A DNA stretch of 64,000 nt from a virus: IMG/VR virus record IMGVR_UViG_3300025065_000001, positions 16,545 through 80,544 of that record. One strand, 5' to 3'. This document shows positions 57,950 to 64,000 of this stretch, piece by piece (position 1 is the stretch's first letter; each line of letters starts with the position of its first letter). Position numbers and translations under genes: made by a program. The notes beneath the pieces are model-generated. The model was not told where the DNA came from. It was given only the letters and a program-made list of their open reading frames with translations, and did no database searches.

Positions 57950-58789
57950 CTATAACAGTATTGGTAGTTCTGTTGCCAGTTCCCGACGTTTTAGCAGTGG
58001 GACTTGGTTTTTTATCCAAGTCTTAATTTTTTGAATCCGACTGCCAGCACGCTCTTTTTTATGGTTCGCTACTATCGATAAAGCTTCTAATAACGCCCAT
58101 CCTTCACCGTCAGGGCCAACGTAACCCCAGCAAGAATCATCAATGTCGTGACCTTCGATAACATAACCATACACATCCCCTTCTAGATACGCTGCATAGG
58201 TTTTAACTTCGCTATCTAAGTATTCATAGACCTTTTGAATGCGTGCTTTTGTTAACCGCTTAAAACCATACTCTTCACGAGCTTTCTCTTTGGTAACGTA
58301 GATAAAACCGACTTGGCCAGAGTCCCAAGAACACGAGAAACCCCCTGTATTCATCGTTATTCCAGAATGGTCGTACAGGTAGAGTGGGAGGATGAGGTAG
58401 TATTTATCAAGTCGCGCTTCAATCTTCTTCTCAACCAGTTCTTGGTAATCTTTAGTCCCTTGGGCATCCCAATTTGTTGAAGGCCAGTTATGTTCTAGTC
58501 TTTCCAACATCGCCTCAAATCCTGGCTCAACTTCTTCTACCATACCGATACGATAGTCTTGGTAGCTTACTGAAGGTTGTTCGTCACCTAAATTGTATCT
58601 ACTATGCCAGCACACCATTGTGCCCACGTTATCCCACTCACGAGGGCTTTCAGCATCCCCATCACGCTCGATTTTAATTGTTATATCTTTTATCTGAGTT
58701 TCAGACTCACCAATTAAATCAAGGGTGTTAAAATCTAGGTTTAATTTCTGGCAGTTTGCCTTCAGTTGTTTTGATAGTTCAGGGTGCAT
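57950..58789 (-). CDS. Conserved phage hypothetical protein
   Basis: SPREWDN...LPLYLYDHSG...WDSGQVG...DSCWGY motifs. Confidence 0.65.
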   Translation of the reverse strand: MHPELSKQLKANCQKLNLDFNTLDLIGESETQIKDITIKIERDGDAESPREWDNVGTMVCWHSRYNLGDEQPSVSYQDYRIGMVEEVEPGFEAMLERLEHNWPSTNWDAQGTKDYQELVEKKIEARLDKYYLILPLYLYDHSGITMNTGGFSCSWDSGQVGFIYVTKEKAREEYGFKRLTKARIQKVYEYLDSEVKTYAAYLEGDVYGYVIEGHDIDDSCWGYVGPDGEGWALLEALSIVANHKKERAGSRIQKIKTWIKNQVPLLKRRELATELPILL

Positions 58790-58846
58790 CGTCAATCTCC
58801 AACAAGTTAATTTCAAGAGGGGGAGAACATTCCCCCTTTCAGGGTT

Positions 58847-59197
58847 TTAAATTTCGCAACTGGGCTGGGCGTCATGCCAAGCTTCAAAAACGCGTAAACG
58901 AATCGCTTCAGGTATTTCTATCTTGTCCGCACAGCTCGTTATATATGAGACTGCTCTCATGTTTTCAGTGAACACGAACAAGGTAGGCTTCAACGAGTTT
59001 CGAGCTCTAGACGCTGCCCCCATATCAATATTGTTATCAATAAAAACCACTTGGGGGTCTATTTCATTGAGGTGAGCTTCAATGAACTCTTTCAGGCTAG
59101 GGTTAATCAAGCTCATGTAAGCTCGAACGCAATGGCCTATAAAAGCACTGTTGATCTCTTCAAGAATTGCTTTAGTGTCTGCGGTACTAATTTGCAT
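58847..59197 (-). CDS. Hypothetical protein
   Basis: Box at its start. Confidence 0.55.
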   Translation of the reverse strand: MQISTADTKAILEEINSAFIGHCVRAYMSLINPSLKEFIEAHLNEIDPQVVFIDNNIDMGAASRARNSLKPTLFVFTENMRAVSYITSCADKIEIPEAIRLRVFEAWHDAQPSCEI

Positions 59198-59399
59198 CGT
59201 CAATTTCCTTCTGTGATCGAGTGAAGAACTCTTCACTCGTTAAATTACGGATATCTACAATTTGTTGTTGTAGTCTCTGTATGGCTTCGTTCTTAGCACG
59301 GTTTAGTGTTTTCTCCCCCGTCTCATAAGGTCGAGGAATAAAGTAACCAGCAAGAATTTCTTTTGTCCGAAGCAGGGTGCCTAGGTCTTTACCACTCAT
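59187..59399 (-). CDS. Hypothetical protein
   Basis: Coupled short ORF. Confidence 0.45.
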   Translation of the reverse strand: MSGKDLGTLLRTKEILAGYFIPRPYETGEKTLNRAKNEAIQRLQQQIVDIRNLTSEEFFTRSQKEIDDAN

Positions 59400-59842
59400 T
59401 CGCTGTCCCATCCCCAGTTACGCGCTTCAGGGCAGACTTCTTCTCGGGTTACTGCACTGTCCGTGTAATTACTGAACCACTCAGATAAAGCCGTTTCGTC
59501 GAGTTCGGCTAACGTGTCCCACTCATAGACAGTGGTGCTTTCCTGCTCGAGGTAGAAACCGTTCTCTTTGATATACTCTTTGCAGTGTTCAATCCATTCG
59601 TCCCAGTCTGAAATCCAGTCCATTTCTTCAACATTAAGATACGCATTACCAAAAGGACGTCCGTTAGTATCATTGAAAGACTTTTTCCAAAACTCTTCAC
59701 TATCCCCGACGCCACCTTCTAATTCAGCAATCGTCGCTTTTAAAACACGAATAATCTCGCTCTTCATCTTAGTCGTGTCGTCGGTAGCCTCTCCTGCATG
59801 GGAGACTGATAATTCAAAATCAAAATTACTTATACGTGTCAT
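59396..59842 (-). CDS. Acidic hypothetical protein
   Basis: Box at its start. Confidence 0.55.
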   Translation of the reverse strand: MTRISNFDFELSVSHAGEATDDTTKMKSEIIRVLKATIAELEGGVGDSEEFWKKSFNDTNGRPFGNAYLNVEEMDWISDWDEWIEHCKEYIKENGFYLEQESTTVYEWDTLAELDETALSEWFSNYTDSAVTREEVCPEARNWGWDSE

Positions 59843-59893
59843 CGTCAATTTCCAACAAGTTAATTAAAAGGGGAGAACATTCCCCCCTAAGAT

Positions 59894-60085
59894 TTAAACC
59901 AATACCCAGTGGCCGTAATAAAGTTCGGCACCAAATTCGGTTTCTACTCGGCCCTCCATGTGCTCATCACAAATGTAATTTGTGATTTCGGGTAAGCATC
60001 GGCATGTGAGTAGTCGGTCAACATCCGCAGCTACCTTTCTTTTAGGATGTTTCTTCATCACCCACTCAACTTTTAAAATAGCCAT
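59894..60085 (-). CDS. Hypothetical protein
   Basis: Short ORF within the operon. Confidence 0.45.
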   Translation of the reverse strand: MAILKVEWVMKKHPKRKVAADVDRLLTCRCLPEITNYICDEHMEGRVETEFGAELYYGHWVLV

Positions 60086-60087
60086 GG

Positions 60088-60705
60088 CTAACCCTCATAC
60101 CGCACGATTTTCGTGAACACCTTACAGGTGCTAAACGTGTCGCTGGGTAACGTCTCGACTTCCTCATAACTGGGGTGGTCGAACGACGTTGGTACCACCG
60201 CAACAAGTACCCCTGTGAAGCGGAGTAACTTGCGTGCGGCCTCCATATGCTGTTTCACCTGTTTGAACGGGGGGTTCATTATGATCTTTTCATAACGATA
60301 CCCTGCGTTGTAACGAGCCTCGGCCCAGCTAAGGAAGTCTTCGTGATGCACCAAGGGGACAGCCCCCTCGCAATCGGCACTACAAAAACGCTGTAACAAA
60401 GCTTCAACCAACGAATACTCACGTTCGACAATCGTAATAAGGTCAGCATCATGCCCCTCGGCTTTAACAGCCTGAACCAAATTACCGGTACCCCCCGAAG
60501 GTTCTAGAACACGATCGTCTGATTCCAACTCCAACAGCTCGACCATACGCTCAGCTATCGCCGGAGGCGTAACGTGGCATTCAGTTGAAGCATGAACCAC
60601 GACAGGCTTTGGGGCCTCAGAGAACTCGATAGGCTCGAGTTCTACTTTTTCCGGTGCCTTAACATGCTTGGGTTTATTGGGTCTTACATACACTGATGAA
60701 TCCAT
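60088..60705 (-). CDS. DNA adenine methyltransferase-like protein
   Basis: TPP, VLEPSGGTGNL, IMNPPF. Confidence 0.8.
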   Translation of the reverse strand: MDSSVYVRPNKPKHVKAPEKVELEPIEFSEAPKPVVVHASTECHVTPPAIAERMVELLELESDDRVLEPSGGTGNLVQAVKAEGHDADLITIVEREYSLVEALLQRFCSADCEGAVPLVHHEDFLSWAEARYNAGYRYEKIIMNPPFKQVKQHMEAARKLLRFTGVLVAVVPTSFDHPSYEEVETLPSDTFSTCKVFTKIVRYEG

Positions 60706-62090
60706 TAGGCTGTCTCCACTTCTACATACTCAAGAGCCGTTGAATTCGGCGCGGCGTGCGTCTTTGAGTCTGTTAGGTAAACCGCAGCCCATTCGCCTTT
60801 CCAAAAATCCTGGCCTTTTGGAACAATTCGACAAACTTTTACTCTGAACTGGCCACAGATACTCGGCTTCACGCCACGCTGCTCACTATGGGTAGTTGAA
60901 TACTCCGCTTTCGTCATTGAGACGATAGGATACTTGTTCACGTTGCCCCACATTTTCACCGTCACGCTTTTTACTTCTTCCGGTGAAAGGTTAAGAATAG
61001 GTGGGGCCTTAGGCTTAGGGACCGGCACTTCATAGCCCACCTCATACATCAGGTCGCGCCATTCCAGTTCTTCCAGTTCCAGTGTCGAACCCTCACCAAT
61101 GTGGATAGGTAAGTCGTTGTCACACTCCGCAATCCAACCAACGTCAGATTTTGTCGCTTTAGGTTTATCAGCGCCATGCGTTCTAAGGAACGTCTGCAAT
61201 ACAGGGGCGGTAAGCTTACCGGTAAAGTATTCAACTTCCCCTAACTGAGCCCGTTCGTAAGTAAGACGGTTCAAGATATGGTTTATCTTGCGGTGTAAGT
61301 TTTGGTCGTTCTTACGCTTGGTACCTAGCTCAATATTCGCGTCGATAATTTCGCTTAAAGGTTTCTTATCTTCCTTAATGTCGCGATAACTATCTGAAAT
61401 GCAGATATCCCAACGATAATTTGCAATCATTAAAGCAAACTCTTTTTGCTTCTCGGAATCCTCCATACCTTTGCAGCGTTCCCAAAGAGAAAGGCAATCA
61501 CCAGCAGCGTGCAAATAACGCTGTTGCTTTCGCAAGTCCGTAAGTAACGTTTTAATACGTCTATAAATAACGTCAGGGCGATTTTTGTGGTTGGCGTGAG
61601 CAATGGTACCCATCATGCGCCAGTTCCAATAGCGGACCGCTGAGCTAGCTTCTTTGGCGCGTTCTTCGTTACGCTCTTGGGCTTCTTGCGCTTTCTGCAT
61701 TTTACGCTGGCTGTGGTGGCCCAAAAGAATAGGTTGATCACCATATTCCATACTGTTCGCCGCAGCACTAAAACCTCGCGCTTGGTCAGCACGCTTTTCA
61801 GCAAGCGCTTTTAAGCGTTCGGCTTTCGCTTCTGCACGCTCGGCCATCGTCGTGTCTTCAGGTTCAATCGTACCGGCCAAGCGAATACATAAGTCTTCCG
61901 CTTCAGGGGACCATGAAGGTTTTACGAAAAGCTCTTGTTTTGGCGCCCAACCAAAGCCGAGTGCTTTTAGCTCATCATAAAGGTCTTTATCTAAGCGGTG
62001 GAGAGGGTAGATACGCAACTTGTTATCTTCAGGGGAGTAAGTAGCGCGTTCGATATCTTCGTGTTTTGTAGCAACAGTTTGATTATTCAT
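60705..62090 (-). CDS. DUF3560-like protein
   Basis: ATYSPEDNKLR...WAPKQELF...GDQPILLGHHSQRK. Confidence 0.7.
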   Translation of the reverse strand: MNNQTVATKHEDIERATYSPEDNKLRIYPLHRLDKDLYDELKALGFGWAPKQELFVKPSWSPEAEDLCIRLAGTIEPEDTTMAERAEAKAERLKALAEKRADQARGFSAAANSMEYGDQPILLGHHSQRKMQKAQEAQERNEERAKEASSAVRYWNWRMMGTIAHANHKNRPDVIYRRIKTLLTDLRKQQRYLHAAGDCLSLWERCKGMEDSEKQKEFALMIANYRWDICISDSYRDIKEDKKPLSEIIDANIELGTKRKNDQNLHRKINHILNRLTYERAQLGEVEYFTGKLTAPVLQTFLRTHGADKPKATKSDVGWIAECDNDLPIHIGEGSTLELEELEWRDLMYEVGYEVPVPKPKAPPILNLSPEEVKSVTVKMWGNVNKYPIVSMTKAEYSTTHSEQRGVKPSICGQFRVKVCRIVPKGQDFWKGEWAAVYLTDSKTHAAPNSTALEYVEVETA

Positions 62091-62224
62091 AATCGTCAAT
62101 TTCCAAATTGTAAAAGTTAATTGAAGGGGGGAGAACATTCCCCCCAGGTTAAACGGCTGCAGCAATCGCTTTTGCTTCAGCCAGGACTTTTTCTTCTTCC
62201 GCAAGCTCTTGTTCCGCTAGGTCT

Positions 62225-63028
62225 TCATGCGGCCACCTGTTTAGTTCGGCCATACGTTTTATGGCGTAGTTCTCGATAACCGTGACTGCTCAAGATATTT
62301 CTAGTCTCGGAAGTGATAGACCATGTAGAACAGAACTCAGTTCGTAGCCCGATACCTTGATAGTCTTTGCGCTGATCACCCGTATTTATCATTCGGTCAA
62401 CAACCAATAAGTCGTGTGGATACCCCTTCACGAACCATTCTATTTTATTGCCGAACTCGGTTAATACGTCTTCAAAAAACATCATGCCTGTGTCGTAGGC
62501 CAGCGTGTCTTTGGCAATAACGAAACTATATAGCGCGGCCAGAAAGATATCGGCATTGGCAATATCGCCACCCCAACGCCAGTCATGATCTGGGTGGGTC
62601 GGGGTTCGAGACTGACTTAAAATTATTCGGTGAGGTTGGGCGCTTAACATCAAGTCAGTTAAAGCTTTCGATAAACTCACACCGCGAGGGACAATAAATT
62701 TCTTACTGCTTTGGTGAAGCTTTACGCGCCATTTGTGAGCCGTGCGGTTACCTAGGTCGATAAGCTTCTCACTCATCATTTGTAACTTTTCTTCCCAGCT
62801 CAAAACTGAATACTGTTCAGAATACACACTTATGGCTTGCTTAAGCTGAAAATCAAATAGTTGGCGTAGCTTGTCGTGAAGCTCTTCAACGGTACCCGTA
62901 CCATCTGAGCCAAATCGAGAGGTATTATCTTCTAAGAACTTTACGAAGCGCGGTTGTGTAATCGCGTCAGCAATTACAAATAGCATCGTGGCCGTAGCCT
63001 GTTTATTGATACGTTTAACATCAGTCAT
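62225..63028 (-). CDS. Hypothetical protein
   Basis: Box at its start. Confidence 0.55.
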   Translation of the reverse strand: MTDVKRINKQATATMLFVIADAITQPRFVKFLEDNTSRFGSDGTGTVEELHDKLRQLFDFQLKQAISVYSEQYSVLSWEEKLQMMSEKLIDLGNRTAHKWRVKLHQSSKKFIVPRGVSLSKALTDLMLSAQPHRIILSQSRTPTHPDHDWRWGGDIANADIFLAALYSFVIAKDTLAYDTGMMFFEDVLTEFGNKIEWFVKGYPHDLLVVDRMINTGDQRKDYQGIGLRTEFCSTWSITSETRNILSSHGYRELRHKTYGRTKQVAA

Positions 63029-63086
63029 ATCGTCAATTTCCAATTTTAAAAGTTAATTAAGAGGGGGGAATATTCTCCCCCGAGCG

Positions 63087-63365
63087 TTACGACTTTTCAG
63101 GTCGTTCGAACTTCTCACCACAATAGCAGCAATGGCTTGCTAGTATCGTTATTGAATCTTTCTTAAGATTCTTTTGCGGGGTACCGTCTCGCTTCATAGG
63201 CCGATACTCGTAGTCAATTTTAGGACTGGTTGGAGCATACTGACCTTCCGCAAGGATATAAGCTCGGCCCTGCCATTCGGCTTTAAATTCTTCCACGTTG
63301 TCCGGCAATTGCTCTTTAATATGCTCGGTTACTTTTTCCATCGTTTCTTCAAAACAATTACACAT
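63087..63365 (-). CDS. Cys-rich hypothetical protein
   Basis: MCNC...HCCYCGEK. Confidence 0.6.
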   Translation of the reverse strand: MCNCFEETMEKVTEHIKEQLPDNVEEFKAEWQGRAYILAEGQYAPTSPKIDYEYRPMKRDGTPQKNLKKDSITILASHCCYCGEKFERPEKS

Positions 63366-63376
63366 CGTCAATTTCC

Positions 63377-63619
63377 TTAGCTTGCAGCCCGTATAGGGCT
63401 ATGGGGTGTTACTTCATACCAATCATAGAGCTTCATAGTCTCTCGACTATAATCTCGCTCCCACGTTCGGCCATTTGCATCTACTAAACAGTAAGGCACT
63501 TTACGTCGCTCACACATGCTATCTGCGTGCTCTTTTGCTTTCTCAGGATTCGGAGCAAAGAACTCTTGCATACGGCGCTCATGCGTAAACCTGTCGTGAT
63601 ACACCAGTTCGTACTTCAC
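63377..63619 (-). CDS. Hypothetical protein
   Basis: ORF within the operon. Confidence 0.5.
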   Translation of the reverse strand: MKYELVYHDRFTHERRMQEFFAPNPEKAKEHADSMCERRKVPYCLVDANGRTWERDYSRETMKLYDWYEVTPHSPIRAAS

Positions 63620-64000
63620 TTAAGCCACCTTGTCTAATTTTTTACTTTGTTGAAAATAGCGGAACAACTCGCCGCCTACCCATTCACCTTTCGGCACTGA
63701 CACACCATTACCAATCTGGCGATATGCCGATGTAGCCGAGACAGGGAACGTAAACCAGTCTGGTACACCCTGCAGCCTCGCATACTCACGCACTGAGTAA
63801 GGACGAACACCCATTGGGAATCGCTTGTCAGCAACCAAGCGCGTCGATTTATCCTTGGCGTAGTGAGCAACACAAGTCGGCGCTATATCTCCTTTGCGGG
63901 GGTCGCTGATTATTGGGAGGTCACGGTACTTACCCGACATTCGCGCTTTAATAGCGCTGGGCAAGGTTACTTCTGGGTCATGCTCGACAATTTCAGCCAG
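63620..64000 (-). CDS. DNA cytosine-5 methyltransferase (C-terminal part, truncated by the window)
   Basis: RPYSVREYARLQGVPDWF...YRQIGNGV (motifs IX-X). Confidence 0.85.
   Translation of the reverse strand: MAEIVEHDPEVTLPSAIKARMSGKYRDLPIISDPRKGDIAPTCVAHYAKDKSTRLVADKRFPMGVRPYSVREYARLQGVPDWFTFPVSATSAYRQIGNGVSVPKGEWVGGELFRYFQQSKKLDKVA

Larger units (their letters stand above)
58788..63081 (-). repeat. Four ~50-bp intergenic modules (G/C hairpin + TTAACTT linker + box)
   Basis: Hairpins at 58819, 59870, 62126 and 63063. Confidence 0.85.
1232..63372. repeat. Dispersed start-associated box ATTGACGAT (27 sense copies)
   Basis: + strand: 1232, 5832, 6726, 7404, 13332, 15403, 27465, 28898, 56552. 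- strand: 30938, 34459, 35256, 39386, 40045, 44507, 45406, 49758, 50920, 53214, 53919, 56310, 58788, 59196, 59841, 62092, 63029, 63364. Confidence 0.92.

Noticed and set aside
62149-62253. 34-aa ORF MAELNRWPHEDLAEQ...AIAAAV on -
   Set aside because: Fills a gap but has no clear SD and overlaps the upstream gene; insufficient support.
58788-63081. CRISPR array or integron attC sites
   Set aside because: Repeats are separated by whole genes of 1-2 kb; no cas or integron integrase; no attC-like structure.
1232-63372. TTGACG in the box as a -35 promoter element
   Set aside because: It abuts start codons, so a -10 would fall inside coding sequence; no conserved -10 seen.

Overview
The whole window is part of a temperate siphovirus-type phage genome larger than 64 kb (both ends are cut inside genes). 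The host is probably a gammaproteobacterium, judging from the tmRNA att core and rdgC. The + strand (1-29.3 kb) carries head, neck, tail, lambda-like tail tip, receptor-binding/depolymerase and lysis genes. At ~29.3-29.55 kb is an intact attP carrying the 3' end of tmRNA, next to a tyrosine integrase and excisionase. The - strand (29.5-64 kb) carries a T5-like replication/recombination set (SbcCD, resolvase, origin helicase, PolA, RdgC, 5'-3' exonuclease, helicase, ligase), three DNA methyltransferases and many small early genes. The main discovery is a candidate phage-wide RNA regulon with three parts. (i) The box (TTGG)A(A/G)ATTGACGAT sits at the translation start of 27 genes on both arms (counted by eye), always in the sense orientation. 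(ii) The only inverted copy lies inside a small promoter-to-terminator unit at ~13191-13269, a putative sRNA antisense to all the boxes. (iii) The phage encodes its own ProQ/FinO RNA chaperone (35283-35789). A second candidate system is a cassette of HTH regulator, multi-pass membrane protein and an unannotated 50-aa secreted peptide (56540-57796), which resembles a peptide-signalling module. All assignments come from reading the sequence by eye; no searches were run.
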